Shown one piece after another: positions 11,066-22,240 of a DNA stretch of 64,000 bases. Source of the DNA: Mustelus asterias (Eukaryota). The notes under the pieces are model-generated. The model made no database searches. It was not told where the DNA came from and saw only the letters and a list, made by a program, of their open reading frames with translations. How positions within the stretch are numbered: position 1 is the first letter of the stretch; each line of letters opens with the position of its first letter. The translations under genes were made by a program, and so were the position numbers. The DNA is taken from the NCBI RefSeq assembly GCF_964213995.1, contig NW_027590147.1, positions 930,001 through 994,000 of the forward strand, written 5' to 3'.

Positions 11066-13978
11066 CTATCTATAGCCCTCAATCCCATTAAATCCCATGT
11101 ACTCATCCAGAAGTCTCTTAAAAGACCCCAAAGAGTTTGCCTCCACCACCACCGACGTCAGCCGATTCCACTCACCCACCACCCTCTGAGTGAAAAACTT
11201 ACCCCTGACATCCCCCCTGTACCTACCCCCCAGCACCTTAAACCTGTGTCCTCTCGTAGCAACCATTTCAGCCCTTGGAAATAGCCTCTGAGAGTCTACC
11301 CTATCCAGACCTCTCAACATCTTGTAAACCTCTATCAGGTCACCTCTCATCCTTCGTCTCTCCAGGGAGAAGAGACCAAGCTCCCTCAACCTATCCTCAT
11401 AAGGCATGCCCCCCAATCCAGGCAACATCCTTGTAAATCTCCTCTGCACCCTTTCAATGGCTTCAACATCTTTCCTGTAATGAGGTGACCAGAACTGCGC
11501 GCAGTACTCCAAGTGGGGTCTAACCAGGGTCCTATAAAGCTGCAGCATTATCTCCCGACTCCTAAACTCAATCCCTCGATTAATGAAGGCTAGTACGCCA
11601 TACGCCTTCTTGACCGCATCCTCCACCTGCGAGGCCGATTTAAGAGTCCTATGGACCCGGACCCCAAGGTCCTTCTGATCCTCTACACTGCTAAGAATGG
11701 TACCCTTCATTTTATACTGCTGCTTCATCCCATTGGATCTGCCAAAATGGATCACTACACACTTATCCGGGTTGAAGTCCATCTGCCACTTCTCCGCCCA
11801 GTCTTGCATTCTATCTATGTCTCGCTGCAACTTCTGACATCCCTCCAAACTATCCACAACACCACCGACCTTGGTGTCGTCAGCAAACTTACCAACCCAT
11901 CCCTCCACTTCCTCATCCAGGTCATTTATGAAAATGACAAACAGCAAGGGTCCCAGAACAGATCCCTGGGGCACTCCACTGGTCACTGACCTCCATGCAG
12001 AGAAAGACCCCTCCACAGCCACTCTCTGCCTTCTGCAGGCAAGCCAGTTCTGGATCCACAAGGCAACAGCCCCTTGGATCCCATGCCCTCTCACTTTCTC
12101 AAGAAGTCTTGCATGGGGGACCTTATCGAACGCTTTGCTGAAGTCCATATAGACCACATCCACCGCTCTTCCTTCGTCAATGTGCTTGGTCACATTTTCA
12201 AAGAACTCAACCAGGCTCGTAAGGCACGACCTGCCCCTGACAAAGCCGTGCTGACTACTTTTGATCATACTAAACTTCTCTAGATGATCATAAATCCTGT
12301 CTCTCAGGATCCTCTCCATCAACTTACCAACCACTGAGGTTAGACTCACCGGTCGGTAATTTCCCGGGCTGTCCCTGTTCCCTTTCTTGAATATAGGGAC
12401 CACATCCGCAATCCTCCAATCCTCCGGAACCTCTCCCGTCTCCATCGACGATGCAAAGATCATCGCCAAAGGCTCCGCAATCTCCTCCCTCGCCTCCCAC
12501 AGTAACCTGGGGTACATCCCATCCGGTCCCGGCGACTTACCAACCTTGATGCCATTCAATAGTTCCAACACATCCTCTTTCTTTATGTCCACATGCTCGA
12601 TCCTTTCTGTCCTCCGCAATCCAGCAGTACAACCACCCAGATCCCTTTCCACCGTGAATACCGAGGTAAAGTATTCATTAAGCACCTCCGCCATTTCTAA
12701 CGGTTCCGCACAAACTTTTCCCCCTTCACCTTTTAAGGGTCCTATGCCTTCACATCTCATCCTTTTACTCTTGACATATTTGTAGAAAGCCTTGGGATTC
12801 TCCTTAATCTTACCCGCCAAGGTCTTCTCATGACCCCTTCTCGCTCTCCTAATTTCCTTCTTAAGCTCCTTCCTACATCGCGTATACTCCTCTAAATCCT
12901 TAACACCTCCTAGCTCTCTGAACCTTCTGTACGCCTCTCTTTTCTTATTTACCAGGTTCATCACAACCTTCGTGCACCACGGTTCCCGTACCCTACCAAC
13001 ACCCCCCTGTCTCATCGGAACGTTGTCATGCAGAGCTCCAGACAAACATTCCTTGAAAATCCTCCACTTTCCTTCGGTACTTTTCCCCAAGAATGCCTCC
13101 TTCCAATTTACCCGTCTAATTTCCTCCCTGATGACACTGTATTTCCCTTTACTCCAGAGAAACACTTTCCTAGCCTGCCTGACCCTATCTCTTTCCAATG
13201 CTATCGTGAAGGAGATAGAATTATGATCGCTATCCCCAAGATGCTCACCCACCGAGAGATCCTCCACCTGTCCAGGTTCATTAGCCAGCACCAGATCAAG
13301 AACAGCCTCTCCTCTAGTAGGCTTATCCACATACTGTGTCAGGAAACTCTCCTGGACACACCTAACAAACTCCTCTCCATCCAAACCCCTAGCCCTAGGG
13401 ATATTCCAATCTATGTTTGGGAAATTAAAATCTCCCATCACGACAACTCTGTTATTCCTACATCTCTCCAGGATCTGTTTCCCCATCTGCTCCTCAACAT
13501 CTCTGTTACTATTGGGCGGCCTATAGAAAACACCCAGCAAAGTTACCGACCCCTTCCTGTTCCTAACCTCCACCCACAGAGATTCCGTAGTCAGTCCCTC
13601 CACGGCGTCCACCTTCTCTACAGCCGTGACACTATCCCTGATCAACAGTGCCACTCCCCCCCCTCTCTTGCCTCCCTCCCTGTCCTTCCTGAAACATCTA
13701 AAACCCGGCACCTGAAGCACCCAGTCCTGTCCCTGAGACATCCAAGTCTCCGTAATGGCCACCACATCACAATTCGAAGCAGCAATCCACGCTCCAAGCT
13801 CATCCACTTTATTCACTACACTCCTGGCATTAAAATAGACACATCTCAGACCTTCAGCCTGAGCACTTCCCTTCTCCCTCACTCGTCTAACCTCCCTCTT
13901 ACCCTGTCTACATTCCTTATCTATTTGCGAGCTAACCTCCTCGCTCTCAGTCCCCTCATTTCGATTCCCTCCCCCCAA
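11066..13978 (-). CDS. CR1 ORF2: APE endonuclease + reverse transcriptase (no ATG start)
   Basis: FNARS, ITETW, YRPP, GDFN and SDH endonuclease motifs; DFSKAFD, GVPQGSVLGP and FADD RT motifs; 970 codons without a stop. Confidence 0.93.
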   Translation of the reverse strand: MGGGNRNEGTESEEVSSQIDKECRQGKREVRRVREKGSAQAEGLRCVYFNARSVVNKVDELGAWIAASNCDVVAITETWMSQGQDWVLQVPGFRCFRKDREGGKRGGGVALLIRDSVTAVEKVDAVEGLTTESLWVEVRNRKGSVTLLGVFYRPPNSNRDVEEQMGKQILERCRNNRVVVMGDFNFPNIDWNIPRARGLDGEEFVRCVQESFLTQYVDKPTRGEAVLDLVLANEPGQVEDLSVGEHLGDSDHNSISFTIALERDRVRQARKVFLWSKGKYSVIREEIRRVNWKEAFLGKSTEGKWRIFKECLSGALHDNVPMRQGGVGRVREPWCTKVVMNLVNKKREAYRRFRELGGVKDLEEYTRCRKELKKEIRRARRGHEKTLAGKIKENPKAFYKYVKSKRMRCEGIGPLKGEGGKVCAEPLEMAEVLNEYFTSVFTVERDLGGCTAGLRRTERIEHVDIKKEDVLELLNGIKVGKSPGPDGMYPRLLWEAREEIAEPLAMIFASSMETGEVPEDWRIADVVPIFKKGNRDSPGNYRPVSLTSVVGKLMERILRDRIYDHLEKFSMIKSSQHGFVRGRSCLTSLVEFFENVTKHIDEGRAVDVVYMDFSKAFDKVPHARLLEKVRGHGIQGAVALWIQNWLACRRQRVAVEGSFSAWRSVTSGVPQGSVLGPLLFVIFINDLDEEVEGWVGKFADDTKVGGVVDSLEGCQKLQRDIDRMQDWAEKWQMDFNPDKCVVIHFGRSNGMKQQYKMKGTILSSVEDQKDLGVRVHRTLKSASQVEDAVKKAYGVLAFINRGIEFRSREIMLQLYRTLVRPHLEYCAQFWSPHYRKDVEAIERVQRRFTRMLPGLGGMPYEDRLRELGLFSLERRRMRGDLIEVYKMLRGLDRVDSQRLFPRAEMVATRGHRFKVLGGRYRGDVRGKFFTQRVVGEWNRLTSVVVEANSLGSFKRLLDEYMGFNGIEGYR

Positions 13979-13983
13979 CCTTT

Positions 13984-14901
13984 CTAGTTTAAAGTCTCAC
14001 CAGTAGCCTTAGCCAACCTTCCCGCCAGGATATTGGTCCCCCTGGGATTCAAGTGCCACCCGTCTTTTTTAAACAGGTCACACCTGCCCCTAAAGAGGTC
14101 CCAATGATCCAAGTACCCAAATCCTTGTCCCTTGCTCCAGTCCCTCAGCCACGCATTAATTCTCCACCGATTCCTGTTCTCACTCTCCCGCGGCACAGGC
14201 AGCAATCCCGAGATTACTACCTTTGCATTCCTCTTTCTCAGCTGTCTACCCAACTCCCTATATTCTCTTTTCATGACCCCTTCCCTCTTCCTACCTATGT
14301 CAGCAGTACCTATATGCATCACGACCTTGGGCTCCTCTCCCTCCCCCTTCAGGATTTCTGGGACTCGACCAGAGACATCCTGGACCCCTGCACCAGGGAG
14401 GCAAACCACCATCCGAGAGTCCCGTCTGTGTCCGCAAAAACGCCTATCTGACCCTCTCACCGTAGAGTCCCCAATTAGCACTACCCTCCTTTCCTTACCC
14501 TTTTGCACTACTGGGCCAGGCTCAGCTCCAGAGACACTGCCACCGCTGCTTCCCCCAGGTGGGCTGTCCACCCCAGTAGTACTCAGACAGGAGTACTTAT
14601 TATTAAGGGGCACATCCACCGGGGTGCTCACCATCACCCGAGCTTTCTCCTTCCTCACTGTTACCCAGTTACCCTCCTCCCGTGGTCCCGGTGTGACCAC
14701 CTGCCGATAGCTCCTGTCAATGACCTGCTCACTATCCCTAACCCGGCGAAGGTCCTCGAGCTGCAATTCCAGTTCCCTAACATGGTCCCTTAGGAACCGC
14801 AGCTCAACACACCCAGCACAGATATGGTCGTCTGGGAGGCTAGGAGCCTCCAGGACCTCCCACATCCTACATTGGGAACAACATACTGGCCTGACAGTCA
14901 T
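13984..14901 (-). CDS. CR1 ORF1: N-terminal Cys zinc finger/leucine zipper + SGNH esterase domain
   Basis: CX2C...CX2C then coiled coil (LRDHVRELELQLEDL); IGDS, PGA, HIGT and DGWH SGNH blocks; ATG at 14901, 305 aa. Confidence 0.9.
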   Translation of the reverse strand: MTVRPVCCSQCRMWEVLEAPSLPDDHICAGCVELRFLRDHVRELELQLEDLRRVRDSEQVIDRSYRQVVTPGPREEGNWVTVRKEKARVMVSTPVDVPLNNKYSCLSTTGVDSPPGGSSGGSVSGAEPGPVVQKGKERRVVLIGDSTVRGSDRRFCGHRRDSRMVVCLPGAGVQDVSGRVPEILKGEGEEPKVVMHIGTADIGRKREGVMKREYRELGRQLRKRNAKVVISGLLPVPRESENRNRWRINAWLRDWSKGQGFGYLDHWDLFRGRCDLFKKDGWHLNPRGTNILAGRLAKATGETLN

Positions 14902-15049
14902 AATTGCCCTTTTAAACACAGGGAAAAAAGTGAATGAAGATTATTCCTCTCTGTTCCAAATTATTTCTACCAAGGTACCCGGAGAAAAGTAACTTATAAA
15001 TAAAATTTTTTAAAAATAAGAAACTCACCCCTGCTTGCCCTTTCTGCCT

Positions 15050-15280
15050 AAGCCCGATGAGCCAAAGCCCCTCAGTTCTCACAAGCCCGATGAGCCAAAG
15101 CCCCTCAGTTCTCACAAGCCCGATGAGCCAAAGCCCCTCAGTTCTCACAAGCCCGATGAGCCAAAGCCCCTCAGTTCTCACAAGCCCGATGAGCCAAAGC
15201 CCCTCAGTTCTCACAAGCCCGATGAGCCAAAGCCCCTCAGTTCTCACAAGCCCGATGAGCCAAAGCCCCTCAGTTCTCAC
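15050..15280 (-). repeat. 7 perfect 33-bp tandem monomers in the CR1 5' UTR
   Basis: (AAGCCCGATGAGCCAAAGCCCCTCAGTTCTCAC)x7 with no spacers. Confidence 0.95.
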
Positions 15281-16114
15281 TCAGCTCCGTCTCACTCCGC
15301 TGCCCGCTCCCAACGCTGCCCGCTAGATAGTGGGACCTGCCTTTTAAACCTCCTGTGCACTAAAAAAAAACTCAAGAGATCCTTCCCAGTCAACCCCGCG
15401 GCCACTGCCGGTTGCGCGCCAAAATTTAAAACTAAATTAAATAAATAAATAACACCCGCGGAAAAGTACTTAAAACTAATTCTTACCCCAAAAATCCTGT
15501 CACCAGTCACAGCTCTGCCTTTCTCCACAGCAAATGTAGATAACAGGTAGAATTGATATCTAATGAGGACTTTATACTTTAGAATTGAATACAGGGCTCA
15601 TTGTTACTAACGGGGAAAGAAGGGTTAAAACCCTTACCCAGAACCCTTTTCACACACACGTGGACATCTCTGAATCTGACGCACACCAAATGGAACGTTA
15701 CACAAGGGACTGGAATTCACTGGAATTTCTTAACAACCTTTCAATAGAAATGTCCTGGTACCGACTGTGACAAAGGACACAACAGACAGCAAGAACCAGG
15801 AGGAACCTTTAACCCAGAGAATGTTAATAACCTTGTTCAGGACACCGGTGCCAGGCACAGGAGGATCCCAGGAAAAACGGAACATTTAATTTCTGTCTGT
15901 TTCACAATTCTAAATGACTGATTCTTTAACAAAGGAATGTTTAAAAACAGCATTGTGATATTCCAAGGTCACTGTGTCTGGGAAAGGGGCACACTGATGT
16001 GTTTTTATTTTAAACAGGAGGATCCATTGAAAAGCAGCTCTGGACGATACGAGCACCTCCTGACCTACTTTCAATTCATTTCAAATCACCCATCACTTTC
16101 CGTGGAATATTCTT

Positions 16115-16490
16115 TATTCTTTCCTGGGATGTGGACACTGCTGGCAAAGCCCCAGCACACGTTGCTCAGCTCCTAATTGCCCCTGAACGGAGTGACTTGC
16201 TCGGCCATTTCAGAGGGGCAGCTAAGAGTCACCCACATTGCTGTGTGGGTCTGGATTCACATGTAGGCCAGACCGGGTAAGGATGGCAGATTTCCCTCCC
16301 TAATAGGAGCATTAATAGGGTGAACTGGATGGATTTTTACAACAGTCGATAGTTTCATGGTCACCGTTTCTGACACTAACTTTATATAATTCCAGATTGA
16401 TTCACTGAATTCAAATCCCACCAGCTGCCTGTCCCCAGATCCTTTGCTGGGTCTCTGCATTACTCGGCCAGAGACATTCCCACCACCTCC
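16115..16490 (-). mobile_element. Second tRNA-derived SINE family (tentatively SacSINE1/DeuSINE-like)
   Basis: CACATTGCTGTG..TCTGGA.TCACATGTAGGCCAGACC.GGTAAGGATGGCAGATTTCC body; related pieces at about 950, 3100, 36160, 39270-39880, 42370 and 54850. Confidence 0.6.
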
Positions 16491-17029
16491 CCCGAATGGA
16501 ATATTCTACACAACGCTTGAGTTAAGTGGGAAGTAGAAAAGAGAGAGGCTTTGACCTTAGGATGACCTCATCACCAACGACAGAAACCTTAAAGCTGACC
16601 ATTCTGTAAAAGTTTATAAACTTTATTTTTATAAAACACAGAGTAAGAAACAGGTGAAAAGTAACGATGGACGTTCCGACTGACATCAGAAACATTGATT
16701 GACCGGATAAACACTCACTGCATCACAGAGCGATCCTCAACCATGAAAGAATTGACCCACTATAAGGAATGAGAGAGCCTTATAAAAAGGGGCAGGAGTT
16801 TACACAGAGAGGTGACACCCACAGCTGCTCAGGATGATGGCATTCAGTTCAGGAAGGGGATAAAGTGAGAATCTTTTGTGATTCAAGACAGAAGTATTGA
16901 ACAATCTGGAATCAGTGCTTCTCGAGCTTGCTGACCAGCCGAACACTTCAGTTAATCTCATCATAAAAACCCCCAGTGTAAATAACATGGATTTGACTGA
17001 CAAATGTTGAAGTGTTGATTTAGACCCAC

Positions 17030-17236
17030 AAGTTTTGACTTCCCATTTGAGCCTGGGGCACCTTTCTGTCTCTCTATTGCTCATGTCAATGACAGCCAGG
17101 CGACGGAGCTGAGGGCTGAATTTAGCTGAGAATAACGAGGCCTGCGCCCCAGTTTGGAAACTGCCCTGGGCGTTGCACTAATAGAGAGACAGGAAGCTGC
17201 TGGAGAACTGACTGGGAAATGGGCCTCCAACCAATC
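17030..17236. repeat. Unassigned 205-bp element with imperfect terminal inverted repeats (copy 1)
   Basis: Near-identical direct copy at 51185-51390; arms GCACCTTTCTGTCTCTCTATT / AATAGAGAGACAGGAAG(C/G)TGC. Confidence 0.75.
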
Positions 17237-20009
17237 AGGGCACCGGAGGAGGTGACCGGGGCTGATGGTGACGTGACCCCCGGGGTTCAGTGTCCCTGTG
17301 TCCAAAGCGGGGAGTCACAGGAACAGGGGACAGAGGAGCTGAAGAGAATCCAGTTGTGTCCAGAACATTGTGAACATCCCTTTACTCTGGTTGTCTTTGA
17401 TCCTCAAGTCATTTTCTGTTTGTTTTAACCATGTTCTGTTTCATTAATAAACTTTTGTCAGTAAAAATATTTGATTGTTTTGGACTTTTCCTGATGAGAT
17501 TGATGCACTTTAGGGAAAGTGGGTGAGAGGGGTTGGCAGGCTCTTTAACAGAAAGTGAGTCCCTCTGAGGTAATTGGCAAAGGAGCCAGAGGGGGAGATG
17601 GGATTTTATTTTTGACTCAGTGATGTTAGAAAATGGGGTTCAGGGAATCAATTAACCCTTTCTCCCCTTTTCCCAAACTCTGAAATGATTCCCAGTGATA
17701 ACTCTTATTGGTGACAGTGGTTAGATTTTATTCAGTATCAATAAGAGCTGACACAGGCTAATGTCTGAGCAGTCGTATCAAAGTGCAGCAGCATTACCAT
17801 TACACTCTGGGTAGAAGCAGCATCTCCACGGAAATGCTCCCTGCTCTGCACCAGATGCCATGGCACCAGTCAATGCAATATGTAAAACCTCGACTAATCT
17901 CTGTGCTCGGGGAATCCCCTCTTATACTTTGTTACATCACAAAGTCTATGGAGACTGATTTAACCCAATCATTGCCCGGCTAACATTTGAATGAACCAAT
18001 TACAAAACCTGTCATTGAACCATCTGTACTTGCCCAAGCCACGTCAAACTCTCAAACAATTGTCTTCCCACGCTCCGTCCCTGGTTCAGGGAGTCAGCAT
18101 TCCCATGCCAAGCAGTGAAAACATGGTGGCCTTGACACACAGGTGTCATCCAGGATTCAAGGCACTCCTGTTTTCTCTGTCCTCTGGGAGCTGTTTATCT
18201 CCCTGCTCCCACACAGCAAGTCGTCTGTTCTCAGCTCTGCTGCATTTCTGCTGAAGTTTGGCCCCTTTTACACCTTTCGGATCAATAAAACATTTGGTCA
18301 ATGACCCAAACCACAACTTCCCATCCTGTCACCTGTCAACCATCCTTACCCAGAGCGTAATCACAACAGGAATAAAAACAGGAGAAGTGTAACAATCAAA
18401 TTCAAAATAAATGCACAGCCAGTCATAGAATCGAATATCATATTCACTAATTAGCAAGAAAACCCAAAGTAGGGGGTCCCCCAGGATTCTTACAGTCCAC
18501 ACCTTGAGGGGGAGGAGAACTTTCTCTCTGACCCCTCACTCAATTTCACTCCGTTATTTTCGAGTTCTATTCTGGTCCCACCTGGGGTAACATCTAATCA
18601 AACTTTTCTCCTGAAGGAACACCGTGAGTTCTCGGTTACTTGTACGTTAGGACAGGTCCTTCAATCAACAGATCAACATGGATGTAAAAGATTCTCCAGC
18701 TCTCTCCTTACCCCTGTCCAACTGTGGACAGTTCTTACTCAGTATTATTTCTCCCAATACCTCAATTGTCCCAATCTATAATATGACCCATTTTACTGTA
18801 ATTTTCCTCACTTTGTGAGCATGTGCAGTGTGTTTAATTGGATCCTGATTGTTTTGAACTCAGTTTCTCTCTGGAGTGTGTGTCAGTGCCTTGATGATGT
18901 CACAATGTTGTCTCAATCCCCTGGCCACATTAACCATTTCATCTCCTGTTGTGTCTCAAGTAGCTGTGTGTGTTTGGGACCCGCTCTTCACTCCATCTCA
19001 CCATGAATTTAGGCTTGCTATTTTTCACATGTAACAAATCACATCTACACACTCACTCCGGTATCCCAAAATCATGTCACACATTCTTAACTCTCAGATG
19101 TATTGATGAAAAGTTCAAAATGAGTGTCTGTCTTTCTTATCTTCCCCTGTTATGGAGCTGATGTTTCATTGAGTGGCTGGGCTTTCAAATGTGGATTTCT
19201 TTAAAACAAAGTTCATGGACAAGGATGTAAATATCTCCCAGAGAAAGTGATCAACTTATTCATCCCATCTACACATTCCAGCCTTTCACTGGAATGTAGG
19301 TGGACACTAGATTGATATATTCCATTCAACCACACACAAGGTGAGTTATTCCAATTCCCTTATTGTCCTGTTGTGATGTATTTCTTCCAACTAACCACAG
19401 GAGACCCAGGGACATGTTACAATAGTTTATTCATGTTTCAAACCTGGAGGGAACAACCCCAGAGAAAGCTCTGGAAGACCACCCTCCTGTGATACAGCTC
19501 AAAGTCACAGCTCTGACACAGCTCTCTAATACAGTAATCACAGAGACATCACTCTAATACAACTCTCAGCTCCAAGTCACAGATACAGACAGCTTACACA
19601 GTTATTCAATACAGTGAGAAATGCAAGGGTTGTGAGGAAGAATATTTTGGTGCAGCGAATGGTAATGACCTGGAACTCGCTGCCTACAAGGGTGGTGGAA
19701 GTGGAGACAATAAACAATTACAAAGGAAATTGGATGGGCATTTGGGGAGTTTCAAACAGAAATGCTGACTAAATATCTCTGAACTTCCTCACAACCGGTC
19801 ACTCTGTGATCCTTGTGAAATCTGAAACCAGATATTCACAACAAGACTCAAAGAGCATCAGCCCACTGGAGGCAAAGTTGTGAGACCAGCCAGTCCAGCA
19901 GAAAGAAACCCTCTGACCCTCCCCATTGACCAACTGTGAGAATGAACAAAATGCAGTCCTGGATGTAATTGAGAGCAGAAACAATAACAGCAGAATCCAA
20001 CCCCTGGAA

Positions 20010-20852
20010 TCACTCGTGAACCTGTTGGTGTCTCAGCAGCTGGGATGAAACTCTGAATCCCTTCCCACACTGAGAGCAGGTGAATGGCCTCTCTCCAGTG
20101 TGAACTCGCTGGTGTGTCTGCAGATTGGATGACTGAGTGAATCCCCTTCCACACTGAGAGCAGGTGAATGGTTTCTCCCCAGTGTGAACTCGCTGGTGTC
20201 TCCGCAGGGTGGATGACAGAGTGAATCGCTTCCCACACTGAGAGCATGTGAACGCTTTCCCCCCAGTGTGAACCCGCTGGTGTATCTGCAGATTGGATGA
20301 CTGACTGAATCCCTTCCCACACTGAGAGCAAGTGAACGGTTTCTCCCCAGTGTGAACTCGCTGGTGTTTCTGCAGGGTGGATGACTGAGTGAATCCCTTC
20401 CCACACTGAGAGCAGGTGAATGGCCTCTCCCCAGTGTGAACTCGCTGGTGTGACCGTAGGCTGGATAAGTCAGTGAATCCCTCCCCACACTGAGAGCAGA
20501 TGAATGGCCTCTCCCCAGTGTGAACTCGCTGGTGTGTCTGCAGCTGGGATAACCGAGTGAATCCCTTCTCACACTGAGAGCAGGTGAATGGTTTCTCCCC
20601 AGTGTGAACCTGCTTGTGTCTCCACAGAGCGGATGCCTGAGTGAATCCCTCCCCACACTTAGAGCAAGTGAACGGCCTCTCCCCAGTGTGAACTCGCTGG
20701 TGTTGCTTCAGGATGGATAACCGAGTGAATCCCTCTCTACAGTGAGAGCAGATGAACGGCCTCTCCCCAGTGTGGCTGCGCCGATGAGCTTCCAGCAGGG
20801 ATGGGGTTCTGTATCTCTTCCCACAGTCCGCACATTTCCATGGTTTCTCCAT
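20010..20852 (-). CDS. C2H2 zinc-finger protein, 10 fingers ([10 protein letters not shown])
   Basis: Intact ORF, CACCATGG start; close paralog of 46378-47280. Confidence 0.9.
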   Translation of the reverse strand: MEKPWKCADCGKRYRTPSLLEAHRRSHTGERPFICSHCREGFTRLSILKQHQRVHTGERPFTCSKCGEGFTQASALWRHKQVHTGEKPFTCSQCEKGFTRLSQLQTHQRVHTGERPFICSQCGEGFTDLSSLRSHQRVHTGERPFTCSQCGKGFTQSSTLQKHQRVHTGEKPFTCSQCGKGFSQSSNLQIHQRVHTGGKAFTCSQCGKRFTLSSTLRRHQRVHTGEKPFTCSQCGRGFTQSSNLQTHQRVHTGERPFTCSQCGKGFRVSSQLLRHQQVHE

Positions 20853-21809
20853 GGTGCAGGTGTCCTTGCCTCTCCCTTGGGTGGACAATCAGTTGAAGCC
20901 TCGTTCAAACACAGAACACGAGTACAGTCTCTCCCCGCTGTGAATGGTGTGATATTTATTTAGGCTGTGTAACTGGTTAAAGCTCTTTAGTCAGTGCATT
21001 GGAACACTCTCACTCGAGTGTGGCAGTGTGTTGGTGCTTTTCCAGTCACACTGATGTTTGAAATCTTTTCAAATCGACAGACTGGACAAACGTTTCTCCT
21101 TCTAGATTCAAAGGCCGATGATATTCAGCTCCCAAGGAATATGACTCTGTCAGATCTCGACGTGACATTTGAGATTTCGGAATGCGATTCCTCTTTCAAT
21201 ATCCTGTAAAATGAGTTTATTAAAGCCATCACTGTCAGAACAGGATAGAAATTCAGAAGACACAATTCCAGTTTCTATGGAACATTATTTCCTCCCTCAT
21301 TTCCCAAAAGCTGTAAATCTCCATCCCACACACTCTCCCTCCATTCTCACTCTGCTGTATCTAATATTCACCCTCCCAATTCTCCTGAAGGTGCTGATTG
21401 AGGCTGATTGACAGATCCATGCTCACTGCTTCCTCTCCAGCACATAGAAATCATAAGAAATCGGAGCTGCAGTTGGCCATTCAGCCCATCGAACTGCCTC
21501 AATCATTGATTGAGAATTGGCTGATCGACCTCAGCGTGGGGTGCATAATTCCAAAACTACGCACATACTTGAGTGAGGAAATCCCTCCTCATCTTAACTT
21601 TCTCTCCATTTTCCTACCTGTTCCCCATAACGCTTGACGCCTTTATCAATCAAAAATCAGTTTAACTCACCCTGGAATATATTCAATGACTCTCACCCTC
21701 CACTCATCCCTGTGGAAAAGAAATCCAAACACTAATGACTCTAATAGGCAAGAGACGAATGACTGGAAATATCTAAGGTAGATACAGTACAATATGAGTT
21801 CTGTCTGAA

Positions 21810-22240
21810 GTTCAATCTTCATTCAGAGAGGAGCAGCTTTGCTGGGCAACAATGGAGGAAGCTGCGTGCAGCCATGCATACAAGTCCCGGACTTTGATTG
21901 GCTGGAGGACCAGCGCCCATCCGGTCCTGCACGGGTTGCCATTGGTCAATCTGCCGCATGTAGACAATGTGGGGGCGGAACCCGGGCCCACGTGGGGGGT
22001 GGGCGGGGCTTTGACCGCCAGCCGCTCTGAGCTGGTGTCCAATCCGCAGTGTTTTGCTTCTGTAATCGGTGATATTGCTGCCAATGGGACACTGTGTGCT
22101 GGGAACGCCCCTCTGAGTCATTGTGACGGCACAATGGAGCCCTGCCTGAATCAGCCAATAGCATTCACTCTGCTCCGCGGTGACGTCTCCGGGTTCAGGC
22201 GCGCGGACCCGGGAGCCCCGCCCCCACCCATTGTTCCCCC
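21810..22240. promoter_or_regulatory. CpG-island bidirectional promoter
   Basis: ATTGG x2 at 44-bp spacing, CCAAT, TGACGTC, GGGCGGGG; flanked by inverted copies of the ZNF 5' intron module (21290-21440 and 22245-22460). Confidence 0.7.

Larger units (their letters stand above)
10983..15400 (-). mobile_element. Full-length, apparently intact CR1 LINE (5' end approximate)
   Basis: (TTCTATG)n 3' tail, intact ORF2 and ORF1, tandem-monomer 5' UTR, high CpG retention suggesting a young copy. Confidence 0.9.

Noticed and set aside
11651-14992. Plus-strand ORFs (e.g. 13028-13987, 14132-14710)
   Set aside because: Antisense shadows of CR1 ORF1/ORF2 with no recognisable domains.
15050-15280. 33-bp repeat array as a CRISPR or a repetitive protein (KPDEPKPLSSH)
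   Set aside because: Units are contiguous with no spacers, the context is eukaryotic and it lies in the CR1 5' UTR; the ORFs arise because the unit length is divisible by 3.
17620-19200. Possible exons or LTR pieces
   Set aside because: Some donor-like and LTR-like motifs, but no coherent frame or recognisable family could be supported by eye.
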